From an uncultured Bacilli bacterium (lineage in GTDB: Bacteria; Bacillota_I; Bacilli_A; RF39; UBA660), in assembly GCA_947627925.1 (NCBI GenBank), contig CANQXW010000005.1:1-44782 (forward strand): a stretch of DNA of 44,782 nucleotides, in the 5' to 3' direction. Each line of letters begins with the position of its first letter. Within the stretch, counting starts at the first letter, position 1. The position numbers were made by a program, and so were the translations under genes. Below are positions 21,685-31,104 of this stretch, piece by piece. A model generated the notes under the pieces. It saw only the letters and a list, made by a program, of their open reading frames with translations. It was not told the DNA's origin and did no database searches.

Positions 21685-22761
21685 ATGGAAAATATTGAAG
21701 AATTTTTAACTAAAAATCTTAATTATCATTCTCCCGGTTATGTTATTTTAACATACCAAAAAGGAGTAACTAAAAGTATAGTTAAAGGAAATAGGCAAGT
21801 TATTCCTGAAGTTTTAGAGTGCACTAAAGATACTCTTTACGATATTGCTTCTTTAACAAAAGTTTATACTGCCACATTAGTGTATATGGCTTATGAAGAG
21901 AATAGATTAGATATTAATGATGATGTTAAGAAAATAGATGATCGTTTTAAAAACTTAGATGGTGTAACTATTTTAGATTTACTTTCGCATAATTTAGAAA
22001 TTTGGACGGATGGTTACTTAGGTAATGCTAAAACTAAGGAAGAATTTTTGCAAATTTTATTTTCCTCTTATGTTAAAAGGAAAGTACCTACTTATGTTGA
22101 TACGCATTATATCATTTTAGGAGTTATTTTAGAAAAAATTTATCATAAAACTTTAGAGGAATTATATCAAGAAAAAATATTTGCTAAATTAAATTTAACT
22201 AAAACTACTGTGAATCCGAGTTTAGATAATGTGGCTTCCAATAATTATGAATATAAGGAAGACATCCAAATAGATTTAGTTTTGCCTGGTCTTATTCATG
22301 ATCCGAAAGGAAGAGTCGCCAAGGACTTTGGTATTACAACAGGTCACGCTTCTATTTTTACAACGGGAGAGGAATTGTTAGAATTTTTAAAAACATTTTT
22401 GAATAATAAATTATTAAAAAAAGAAACTATTGATTTAATGCTTAAGCATGATAAGCGTAATTCTTATAATGAGTCTATTAAAGATAAAAAAGAAGAAGGA
22501 GAATATCTTAAAACTTATAATTATATGGGTATAAGATATCGTAATGTCATTGCATCTTTAAATGATGTTCCGGCTGAAGCAAGTGCTGATACGGTAGTTT
22601 TCAGTGGATTTACGGGTCCTTCTTTCTTAATCGATTTTGAAAGAAAAATTATTATTGTGGTAATGGCCAATGTGATGCATAATACCAAGTTAAGTCGGGA
22701 AGAACGAAAAAAGATTACCGATATGATAATAGCAAGGCTATATAATAATCTTTTAGATTAG
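21685..22761 (+). CDS. Serine hydrolase, beta-lactamase/PBP-like family
   Basis: DIASLTK (SxxK), LLSH, GLIHDP, GHASIF and SGFTG motifs. Start moved to ATG 21685. Confidence 0.8.
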   Translation: MENIEEFLTKNLNYHSPGYVILTYQKGVTKSIVKGNRQVIPEVLECTKDTLYDIASLTKVYTATLVYMAYEENRLDINDDVKKIDDRFKNLDGVTILDLLSHNLEIWTDGYLGNAKTKEEFLQILFSSYVKRKVPTYVDTHYIILGVILEKIYHKTLEELYQEKIFAKLNLTKTTVNPSLDNVASNNYEYKEDIQIDLVLPGLIHDPKGRVAKDFGITTGHASIFTTGEELLEFLKTFLNNKLLKKETIDLMLKHDKRNSYNESIKDKKEEGEYLKTYNYMGIRYRNVIASLNDVPAEASADTVVFSGFTGPSFLIDFERKIIIVVMANVMHNTKLSREERKKITDMIIARLYNNLLD

Positions 22762-22786
22762 GAAAATAGCCTTTTTAAAAGGATGT

Positions 22787-22814
22787 ACTTTTTCCCTATA
22801 TTTAGCATAGATTA
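22787..22814 (+). promoter_or_regulatory. Putative mother-cell (sigma-K/sigma-E-type) promoter of cotE
   Basis: AC-17 nt-CATAGATTA resembles the B. subtilis sigma-K consensus AC-n16/17-CATAnnnTA. Confidence 0.5.
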
Positions 22815-22832
22815 AATTAGGGAGTGATAAAT

Positions 22833-23384
22833 TTGTCTAATTTTAGAGAAATTGTAACTAAAGCTGTCATTGGTAAAGCCAAAAAAACGAGTGGTAATAA
22901 ATTTACGATTACCCCAGAAGAAAGACCAAATACAGTTTTAGGATGTTGGGTAATAAATAATACATTTAATGGTTCTAATAATAACGGTAGTGTTTTAATT
23001 GATGGTTCATTTGATGTAAATGTTTGGTATTCTTATGATAATGATACGAAAACCGCGGTTAGTACCAAAAGATTTACTTATATGGATAAAATGAATGTTC
23101 CTCTTAAAAATGATACAGTTTTAGATAATAATTCAGAAATTATTGTAAGAAGTTTAAAACAACCAACAGTTACTAATGTCGATATTAACAATGGTAGTGT
23201 AGAATTAACGATTGAAAAAGAATTAGGTGTGGAAATCGTTGGTAATACCAAAGTTAAAATCTCAGTGGAAGATTTAGATGATGATTATGTGGAACTAATT
23301 GATGATGACTTAGATAAAGAAATAGATGAAGGTATAGAAGATATTAAAGAAGATTATTTAGATGCTGAAGTAGTAGATAAATAG
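22833..23384 (+). CDS. cotE: Outer spore coat morphogenetic protein CotE
   Basis: SNFREIVTKAVIGK, LGCWVIN, DVNVWYSYD..TKT and acidic tail match CotE. TTG start after RBS GGGAGTG. Confidence 0.9.
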   Translation: MSNFREIVTKAVIGKAKKTSGNKFTITPEERPNTVLGCWVINNTFNGSNNNGSVLIDGSFDVNVWYSYDNDTKTAVSTKRFTYMDKMNVPLKNDTVLDNNSEIIVRSLKQPTVTNVDINNGSVELTIEKELGVEIVGNTKVKISVEDLDDDYVELIDDDLDKEIDEGIEDIKEDYLDAEVVDK

Positions 23385-23401
23385 TTGTCAACGAAAAAAT
23401 A

Positions 23402-23430
23402 TTGACACAATAAAGTAGTGATGTTATACT
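23402..23430 (+). promoter_or_regulatory. Sigma-A promoter of rpsP-khpA
   Basis: TTGACA-17-TATACT with extended TG. Confidence 0.85.
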
Positions 23431-23457
23431 AGTAGTAATAAAAAAGGAGGCATTATA

Positions 23458-23739
23458 ATGGCAGTTAAATTAAGATTAAAAAGAATGGGATCAAAGCAAA
23501 AACCTTTTTATCGTATTGTTGCGGCTGATTCACATTCACCAAGAGATGGACGTTTTATTGAAACATTAGGTACTTACGATCCACTTAAGGGTGCCGAAGT
23601 AGTTAAAATTGATGAAGAAAAAACTTTAAATTGGTTAAGTAATGGTGCGGAACCAACACCAACGGTAAGAAATATTTTATCAAGAGAAGGAATTATGGCA
23701 AAACATGCGGCATCTAAGAATAATTCTAAAAAGAAGTAG
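23458..23739 (+). CDS. rpsP: 30S ribosomal protein S16
   Basis: [11 protein letters not shown]...[23 protein letters not shown]. Confidence 0.98.
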   Translation: MAVKLRLKRMGSKQKPFYRIVAADSHSPRDGRFIETLGTYDPLKGAEVVKIDEEKTLNWLSNGAEPTPTVRNILSREGIMAKHAASKNNSKKK

Positions 23740-23749
23740 GTAGGCATTT

Positions 23750-23995
23750 ATGAATGTTGTAGAGTTTGCCGAATATTTAGTAAAAAGTATTGTCGTTAAT
23801 AAAGAACTTGTTAAAGTTTCTCTTTTTGAAGCTGATGATGACATAACTATTTTAGAAATTCTTGTTCCCGAAGCAGATATGGGAAGAGTAATTGGCAAGA
23901 ATGGAAAAACATCTACATCTATAAGAACTTTAATTCAAGCCTATGCGGCAATTAATAAAATGCCAAAAGTAAAAATTAATATTGATTCTTTTTAA
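23750..23995 (+). CDS. khpA: KH-domain RNA-binding protein KhpA
   Basis: DMGRVIGKNG motif; conserved position after rpsP. Confidence 0.92.
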   Translation: MNVVEFAEYLVKSIVVNKELVKVSLFEADDDITILEILVPEADMGRVIGKNGKTSTSIRTLIQAYAAINKMPKVKINIDSF

Positions 23996-24039
23996 GAAAT
24001 AGTATCTATTTCTTTTTTTCGATTTAGGGGAGGTTTATC

Positions 24040-25953
24040 ATGATAAAAATTGCAGAAACATGTGGTACTTGTAAGGGAAGTACGAATGCTTTAAATTTAG
24101 TTTATGAAATATATGAAAAAGAAATCCAAAAAGAAAATCCAAAGACTATTTGTATTTATAAAGAAATCTTACATAATGAAAAAGTTATGGAAGAATTAAA
24201 TGATTTAGGCATTGTGACTATTAATAGTTTAAAAGAAGTAGATAGTGATGATATTGTTATTTTAAGAGCTCATGGCGAAGGAAAAGACACATATGATTAT
24301 TTAGATAGTCATCATATTGAATATTATGATGCTACTTGTCCTAAAGTTAAGAAAATTCATGAAGATGTTTTTCAAAAATATAATGAAGGTTATGAAATAA
24401 TTATTGTGGGTAAAAAAGATCATCCCGAAATTATGGGTACTAATGGCTGGTGTCATAATGAAGCCATTATCATTGAAAGTGCTGCCGATTTAGTGAAAGT
24501 TACTAGTGATAAAAAGAAATATCTTACTTGTCAAACCACTATAAGTCCAGATTTTTTTCATGATATAGCGAAAAGATTACAAGATTTATATCCTGATATG
24601 GAAGTAAATGACGCTACTTGTAATGCGGTTAGAAAAATTCAAGAAAGTAGTTTAAATTTAGCTAAAGATGTAGATGTCATGTTTGTCATTGGAGGCGCTA
24701 ACAGTAGTAATACTAAAGAGATATATGAGGAACTTTCTAAGAATATCCCTTGTTATAAATTTTCTGACATTAATGAATTTATAAATTTTATTTTAAGTAG
24801 TAGTGATATTACTTCTAAAACTAATATTGGTATTACAGGGGGTGCTTCTACTCCTATTAAAGAGATTTATAATTATAAATATTTATTAAGTTTTCTTTTA
24901 TTTTATAAAGAAAAGTACCAAGAATTTAGAAGTCATCAACAAGAATTTAATGATGAGTTACTTAGTAATGATGATAATGATATAGTTAAAAAAATGATTA
25001 CTATGTTTCAAGATTTAAACCAAGATGGTAAATATATAAGAGCTTCTTTAATTGCTTTAGGTTATTATTTAACAGGACACGATGATCATAATTATCTTGA
25101 TTTAAGTTATGCTTACGAAATATTTCAAACCGCCATTTTAATTCATGATGATATTATTGATAATGCGAGAATGCGTAGAGGAAAAGAAACTATTCCGAGA
25201 AGAATATGTCATGAGTATTTAAATTTGGCAAGTGATAATGATTACCATAATGATGTTTTAAAACTAGCTAATTCCATCGCCATTTGTGCAGGTGATTTTG
25301 GACTTTTTGAAGCTAATAAAGTTTTAGTTAAAAAATATGGTTCTTTAAAATGTTTTGTCCCTCTTTTTACCTATTATAATGATATTATTATTAAAACTAT
25401 TAAAGGAGAGACCATTGATGTATCTTTGCCTTTCTTAGGAAAATATGATTTAAAAGAAGTAAAAGAACAAGATATTTTAGATGTATATCATTTAAAAACT
25501 AGTTGGTATACCATTATTGGCCCTTTTATGTTGGGGTATATTTTAGGAGATTATAAACCCAATAAAGATTTAGAAAATGTTTTAAATAAAATTGGTTTAT
25601 CTTTTCAAATTAAAGATGACCTTCTAGGAATATTTGCTCCATCAGAAGAAATAGGTAAATCTAATACTTCCGATATAGCTGAATTTAAACAAACCATTTT
25701 GTATTCTTATGTTATAAATACTCCTTATAAAGAAGATTTCTTAAAAATATATGGTAATCATGAAATAAGTAAAGATGATTTGGAAGAGGTTAGAGCTATT
25801 TTAAAGTTAAGTGGAGCTTATGATTATGCCAATGACTATTTAAGTGATTTATATGCAGAATCTCTAGATTTAATAGATGAACTCGAAATTGCAGAAATTG
25901 GCAAAGACATCTTGAAAGGTTTACTAATTTATATTAATATAAGAAATAAGTAA
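24040..25953 (+). CDS. ispH: Fusion of IspH (HMBPP reductase) and a trans-isoprenyl diphosphate synthase
   Basis: N-terminal half: GTC, HN, RAHG, DATCP, HPE, QTT, DATC, SSNT, GASTP. C-terminal half: GKYIR, HDDIID..RRG, KT, FQIKDDLLG. Confidence 0.88.
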   Translation: MIKIAETCGTCKGSTNALNLVYEIYEKEIQKENPKTICIYKEILHNEKVMEELNDLGIVTINSLKEVDSDDIVILRAHGEGKDTYDYLDSHHIEYYDATCPKVKKIHEDVFQKYNEGYEIIIVGKKDHPEIMGTNGWCHNEAIIIESAADLVKVTSDKKKYLTCQTTISPDFFHDIAKRLQDLYPDMEVNDATCNAVRKIQESSLNLAKDVDVMFVIGGANSSNTKEIYEELSKNIPCYKFSDINEFINFILSSSDITSKTNIGITGGASTPIKEIYNYKYLLSFLLFYKEKYQEFRSHQQEFNDELLSNDDNDIVKKMITMFQDLNQDGKYIRASLIALGYYLTGHDDHNYLDLSYAYEIFQTAILIHDDIIDNARMRRGKETIPRRICHEYLNLASDNDYHNDVLKLANSIAICAGDFGLFEANKVLVKKYGSLKCFVPLFTYYNDIIIKTIKGETIDVSLPFLGKYDLKEVKEQDILDVYHLKTSWYTIIGPFMLGYILGDYKPNKDLENVLNKIGLSFQIKDDLLGIFAPSEEIGKSNTSDIAEFKQTILYSYVINTPYKEDFLKIYGNHEISKDDLEEVRAILKLSGAYDYANDYLSDLYAESLDLIDELEIAEIGKDILKGLLIYINIRNK

Positions 25954-25963
25954 GGTAAGTATT

Positions 25964-26791
25964 ATGAGAGCTAAAAAAATGAAAATTAAAAAGAAAGATT
26001 ATCGTAAATTAAATAGAATTCTTGCATGTTTTTTCACCATTATCATTATTGGTTTAGTTTGCATCTTTATTATGGGCTTAATTCCGGAAAAAGACCAAAG
26101 TGCTTTAGAAACTTATAATGTTAATAATACCATTAAAGAATATATGCGCCTAGATAAGAGAACAGTTTATTTAGCTAATTTAGAAGAATTAACAATTAAT
26201 TATGAAGGGGAAAAAATTTCTTTAAAAGATTATATTGCTCGTCATGATAATGATTTAGATAAAACAATGACGGATTTAGAAAACGCCTTAAATGAAAAAA
26301 GGACTTTAAAAGATGGTGGTACCATTATCTATGAAGTAAAGGATAAAGATGTGCTTAATAAAGATATCACTATAATTAAATGTCATACTGAAGATGGTAA
26401 TGAAGATATTTATTTTGGTAAAAATATGAATCCTACTAATGCTTTTAAAAATGGAGCTTGTGGCAAAAATTATTTTGAAGAAGTTTCTTTTACGAGAGTT
26501 TATACTTTAAAAAATATTAAAGATTTAGGATTTAAAGAAGCGGAGATTTATAATCCTGACACTAAAAAATCGGAAATGAAGAGAAGTCATTATTATGAAC
26601 TTACTATTGAAGATAATGATAAAGAAGTAAAAATTGAAAGAGCCATGGATGATGAAAGCATTAAGGCTTTAATTAAAGGAGAAAAATATACTTTTTATTT
26701 TCAAAATAAATATGGGGAACTTATCAAAGATGAAATGGAAGATATTTTTGATAAATGTACTTTAGAAAAAATAGTCTTATTAGCAGATTAG
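25964..26791 (+). CDS. Hypothetical protein with N-terminal membrane anchor
   Basis: Basic N-terminus plus one TM helix; no recognised motif. Confidence 0.7.
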   Translation: MRAKKMKIKKKDYRKLNRILACFFTIIIIGLVCIFIMGLIPEKDQSALETYNVNNTIKEYMRLDKRTVYLANLEELTINYEGEKISLKDYIARHDNDLDKTMTDLENALNEKRTLKDGGTIIYEVKDKDVLNKDITIIKCHTEDGNEDIYFGKNMNPTNAFKNGACGKNYFEEVSFTRVYTLKNIKDLGFKEAEIYNPDTKKSEMKRSHYYELTIEDNDKEVKIERAMDDESIKALIKGEKYTFYFQNKYGELIKDEMEDIFDKCTLEKIVLLAD

Positions 26792-26863
26792 ATTTATGTC
26801 AACAAAAAATAAAAAATTGATTATTATTAAATAAAAAAATGATATAATTTAAGAGTGAGATGT

Positions 26864-28810
26864 ATGAAGAAGATAAATTTGTTTTTAATATTTTTTATCA
26901 GTTTTATTTATTTAGAAATTATTTATAAAGTATTTATTGGTAATCCTTTATTTCGATTATCATTTGTTAATATGTTATTATTTTTAATTCCTTTAGCCTT
27001 ACTTTTAAGTATTTTAACTAATTTATGTAAAAATAAAACCATTAATAAAGTTATCTTTTTTAGTATTTTATCCCTTATCACAATTTGGTTTTGCGCCCAA
27101 TATGTTGTTAAGAGTTATTTTGATTTTTATATCTCCTTATCAACTTTTCAAGTAGCTGATCAAGTAACCGATTTTATGGGTAAAGCAGTGGTAGAAACTT
27201 TAAGAAGAATACCTTTACTTATTTTCTTCTTTGTTCCTTTAGTTTTAAGTATAATCTTTAATAAACATTTTTATTTTAAACAAAACAGTTTAAAAAACAG
27301 CTTGGTCTTATTATGTATGTCTTTAGGTTTTTATGGCCTTTATCTATTAGGCCTTAATCTAAATAAAAAAGCCACTTATTCTCCTTATAATTTATATTAT
27401 AAAGTAAATGATGTTTCTTTAAGTGTCGAAAATTTTGGTATTTTAAATACTTTCTGTATTGATACGAAAAGAGCTATCTTTGGTTTTGAAGAAAAATTAA
27501 TTGAAGTTGATAATCCTTTATCTAATGATAAAGAAGATAATGATAAGCCTAAAGTTTATGATTATAATAATTTAGATATTGATTTTGCTAGTTTAGTAGC
27601 AAATGAATCTAATAGTACTATTAAAAGTATGCATGAATATTTTCAAAATGATACCGGTACTTTACAAAATGAATATACTGGATTCTTTAAAGATAAAAAT
27701 TTAATTTTATTTATGGCAGAATCCTTTAACGAAATTGCGGTTAAAAAGGAAATAACGCCAACTTTAGTTAAACTTGTTAACAGTGGTTTTGTCTTTGAAG
27801 ATTTTTATACACCAACTATTTATAGTACCATTGGTGGAGAATTCCAAGAATTAACTGGTTTATATGCTTCAGGCACCGATATTTTAGGAAAATTTAGAAG
27901 TGGTAATATTACTTTCCCTCAAGGACTTGCCACTAAATTTAAAGAAGCTGGTTATAGCACATTTGCTTATCATAACAATAGTGCATCTTTCCAAAACCGG
28001 GATAAATATTTAAAGAGTTTAGGCTTTGATAATTTTAAAGCCTGTAATACGGGATTAGAAAAAGTCATCAATTGTAATATTTGGCCAAGAAGTGATTTAG
28101 AAATGATTAATGCCACCGTAGATGAATATGTTAATCAAGATAAATTTATGGTTTTCTATGCTTCTAACTCTGGTCATTCAAATTATGATGGCTTTAATTC
28201 TAATCAAATGGCGAAGAAAAATAAAGATGAATATCTTGCTAGTGGCTTAAATTATTCCGAAAGAGTAGCTACTTATCTTGCTGCTCAAATGGAACTTGAT
28301 AAAGCCTTAGAATCATTAATTAATAAATTACAAGAAGCTGGTAGATTAGATGATACTGTTATCGCTTTAGTTGGTGATCACTATCCATATGATTTATATA
28401 TGAATGAAGTAAATGAAATGGCTGATTATGAAAAAGATGATGTAGTTGAAGTCAACCATAGTAATTTTATCCTTTGGAATAATAAAATGGATCCGATTAA
28501 AATTACTAAAGTGGGTAGTCAAATAGATGTTATGCCAACCCTTTATAATGCTTTTGGTATTAATTATGATTCAAGATTATTTATTGGTAAAGATATATTA
28601 AGTACCGAAGGAGGATTAGCGATGTTTGCTAATAAATCTTGGGTATCTGATAAAGGCACTTATTTTGCTTCCAGTGGTAAATTTGTTCCTAAAGATGGTG
28701 TCGAAGTCGATGAAGACTATGTTAAAACAATGAATAAAATTGTTTTAAATAAAATAAACATGAGTAGTAAAATAATATCAAATAATTACTATAGTAAAGT
28801 ATTTAAATAG
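26864..28810 (+). CDS. LTA synthase-family / sulfatase-like membrane protein
   Basis: About 5 N-terminal TM helices; extracellular domain with MAESF, catalytic Thr in STIGGEF, H and GDHYP. Confidence 0.85.
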   Translation: MKKINLFLIFFISFIYLEIIYKVFIGNPLFRLSFVNMLLFLIPLALLLSILTNLCKNKTINKVIFFSILSLITIWFCAQYVVKSYFDFYISLSTFQVADQVTDFMGKAVVETLRRIPLLIFFFVPLVLSIIFNKHFYFKQNSLKNSLVLLCMSLGFYGLYLLGLNLNKKATYSPYNLYYKVNDVSLSVENFGILNTFCIDTKRAIFGFEEKLIEVDNPLSNDKEDNDKPKVYDYNNLDIDFASLVANESNSTIKSMHEYFQNDTGTLQNEYTGFFKDKNLILFMAESFNEIAVKKEITPTLVKLVNSGFVFEDFYTPTIYSTIGGEFQELTGLYASGTDILGKFRSGNITFPQGLATKFKEAGYSTFAYHNNSASFQNRDKYLKSLGFDNFKACNTGLEKVINCNIWPRSDLEMINATVDEYVNQDKFMVFYASNSGHSNYDGFNSNQMAKKNKDEYLASGLNYSERVATYLAAQMELDKALESLINKLQEAGRLDDTVIALVGDHYPYDLYMNEVNEMADYEKDDVVEVNHSNFILWNNKMDPIKITKVGSQIDVMPTLYNAFGINYDSRLFIGKDILSTEGGLAMFANKSWVSDKGTYFASSGKFVPKDGVEVDEDYVKTMNKIVLNKINMSSKIISNNYYSKVFK

Positions 28811-28827
28811 ATATGATTATTTTGAAT

Positions 28828-28862
28828 GAACCTAAATCATAGATGATGAATTAGGTTTTTTT
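28828..28862 (+). terminator. Intrinsic terminator after the LTA synthase-family gene
   Basis: GAACCTAA...TTAGGTT-TTTTT. Confidence 0.65.
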
Positions 28863-28908
28863 CATGCAAAAATTGACTCACAATTATCAACAAAATAAAA
28901 TTCAAAAC

Positions 28909-28936
28909 TTGACACCGGGGGGGGGTGTTATATAAT
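28909..28936 (+). promoter_or_regulatory. Sigma-A promoter with a G9 tract in the spacer (putative phase-variable switch)
   Basis: Perfect TTGACA (28909-14) and TATAAT (28931-36), 16-nt spacer containing 9 consecutive G (28917-28925). Confidence 0.85.
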
Positions 28937-29040
28937 AAACATATAAGATAAGAAGAATAGAAGTATTTATGTAGTTGTTAACATAAATTATTTTTAGTTG
29001 CTATCTGTATTCGGTATTATAAACACAAAGGAATGATTAA

Positions 29041-29721
29041 ATGAAACTAAAGGAAAATAAAATATTTATATTTATTATATTAGTATTAGGGATAGGATGT
29101 TTAATCAAAGTAGTATCTAAAGATTCTTATGCTTATTATAGTGGTAGTCATGAAATTCCTATATTAAGTACTAAAATAGGTAACTTTGCTAAAAGTAGTG
29201 GAGAAGGACTACCTAGTAAAGTAGCAGGAGCAGATTTAAGTGTTCAAATATATTTACAAGATCGTTTTGATAGTAAAAAATATAATTTATCAACTAATAT
29301 GCCAGTTTATGGTTATCATTTAAATGAAGAAATGAGTAATTGTACCCCATCTAAAGAAGAGTTAACTTATTCTAATTATAGTTTAGAAGATGGAGTAATA
29401 AAATTTACAGTTCAAGATGAGGGTGGAAAACTTGGGCCAAAACAAATAGCGTGTCATATCTACTATGATAAAGATAAAGATTCTGATATAGCAGTTTATG
29501 TATTAGTTCAAGATGAAGATTTTGGACTTAGAGAATACGATGGAAAACATTATCGCTTTGTTAAAAGTATTGTCAATTTAACTGGTTATTCATATTATAA
29601 AGCCGAATGTAGTAATCCTGACGGAGCAACAATAACTGGTTATAATGATGGTAAATTTAGTTTTACGTCAGGCGGTCCTAATACTTGTTATGCTTATTTT
29701 GATAAAGAAAGTGAGGAATAA
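29041..29721 (+). CDS. Secreted/surface protein with two Cys-pair repeats
   Basis: Signal-like N-terminus ending SYAYY (resembles SipW-type cleavage motifs); repeats ending SNC...CHIYYDK and AEC...CYAYFDK. Confidence 0.72.
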   Translation: MKLKENKIFIFIILVLGIGCLIKVVSKDSYAYYSGSHEIPILSTKIGNFAKSSGEGLPSKVAGADLSVQIYLQDRFDSKKYNLSTNMPVYGYHLNEEMSNCTPSKEELTYSNYSLEDGVIKFTVQDEGGKLGPKQIACHIYYDKDKDSDIAVYVLVQDEDFGLREYDGKHYRFVKSIVNLTGYSYYKAECSNPDGATITGYNDGKFSFTSGGPNTCYAYFDKESEE

Positions 29722-29725
29722 AAAA

Positions 29726-30991
29726 ATGAAGAAAGTTATAATAAAAAGTATATTGATATTATTAATCATATTAGAAGGGACATTTTTAATATTACCAAAT
29801 AATAAATTTATTAATAAAGTAGAAAAAGTATCATATGAAAATAATAATATTGATACTAAAAAGGCAATTTCCTATTTGATAGGTGATGAAAATGGAGGAT
29901 ATACTGAAGCAACAGATAGAACAACATGGCCAAATAAAAATGAATATAAATATATAAAATCAATATGTTATGATGGAGATGGGAATGAAATAAAAGCTTC
30001 AGAAGTAATAACATTTGATAATAGTGAAAATAAAACAATGGTAAATACAGCAACAACACTATATTGTTATATGTATTTTTTGCCAACATCATTAATGATA
30101 AGTCCATCAAAATTAACAGGTGCAAAATTAGAAACAAGTGATGAAGCAAACGCAAGAAATAGTTTAGATGACTTAAGAAGATTCATTGGAACATATGAAG
30201 AAGTAAAAGATAATTTTATCTGTTTTGGAACAATAGATAAAGAAGAATGTAAAAACAATATGGATCTCTATATGTATCGAATAATAGGAGTAGATACAGA
30301 AGGAAGACTAAAAATAATCAAAGCAACAACATTAGTCCAAGGAAGTAGCGTCGCTTCCTTTCCATGGAACTATAATATAAACTCTGATGTAACCTGGCCG
30401 GATGCTGATTTATATAAAAGATTAAATGGAACTTCATCATCAAATATATTCATAGGGAATGAAAAATATAGTTATATGCAAGACACAGCATGGACGGACT
30501 TAATATCACCGATAACATATTACATAGGAGATTCAAACTTGAAAAGTAACCCGACATTATTTAACAATGAAAGAAGTAATTCATTAACAAATGGAGGCAA
30601 GATAGGATTAATGTATGCAAGTGACTATTTATATGCTGATTCAAATGACAGAAATGGGGAAGTTGGTTATTACGAAAATTGGTTAACCATATCACACGGT
30701 TTAAATGGTGCAACCAATACGCCATCAGGAACAATTAACCCAAACAGGGGTTATGAATGGACCATGATTAGGTACGGTCCTTTGGACGGTCCTCAACCCT
30801 TGGAGTTTGTACTTCGTGTTTGGTTTGTGCAAGGTGATGGTTTCGTTGGCACGAGTAGCGAATACTACTACTCCGCTTACGTTCGTCCAGTTTTCTTTCT
30901 TGAGCCCAATGTGATGCTTTATACCGGTATGTTTCCTTATAATATGGAAGATATAGGTACGATTGATAATCCATATATTATCTATGATTGA
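29726..30991 (+). CDS. Surface protein with C-terminal CLec-like (DUF6273-like) domain, probable DGR target
   Basis: Signal/TM N-terminus (start moved to ATG 29726 behind GAGG); one Cys-pair repeat; YRIIG, KIGLMYASDY, EWTM...WFV..DG...VRPVFFL...GT.DNPY motifs. Confidence 0.8.
   Translation: MKKVIIKSILILLIILEGTFLILPNNKFINKVEKVSYENNNIDTKKAISYLIGDENGGYTEATDRTTWPNKNEYKYIKSICYDGDGNEIKASEVITFDNSENKTMVNTATTLYCYMYFLPTSLMISPSKLTGAKLETSDEANARNSLDDLRRFIGTYEEVKDNFICFGTIDKEECKNNMDLYMYRIIGVDTEGRLKIIKATTLVQGSSVASFPWNYNINSDVTWPDADLYKRLNGTSSSNIFIGNEKYSYMQDTAWTDLISPITYYIGDSNLKSNPTLFNNERSNSLTNGGKIGLMYASDYLYADSNDRNGEVGYYENWLTISHGLNGATNTPSGTINPNRGYEWTMIRYGPLDGPQPLEFVLRVWFVQGDGFVGTSSEYYYSAYVRPVFFLEPNVMLYTGMFPYNMEDIGTIDNPYIIYD
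30770..30896 (+). repeat. DGR-like variable region (VR) in the 3' end of 29726-30991
   Basis: About 17% A (20/121 over 30770-30890) versus about 45% in a sampled upstream line of the same gene. Shares anchors AGGTAYGGT, TTGTG and GTTCGTCCAG..TTCT with the TR. Confidence 0.7.
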
Positions 30992-31104
30992 TGATATCAT
31001 TTTATTATTGCCATATATAAATGGTATATAATCTTTCTCATTTCATTTGAATTTAAAAAATTAAATAAACTATGAATTACTATTATTTTAGTTTATAATA
31101 ATTA

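Noticed and set aside
21685-22761. Beta-lactam resistance gene
   Set aside because: No signal peptide, and the YxN and triad motifs are atypical (YVD, FSG). Only a generic serine hydrolase call is supported.
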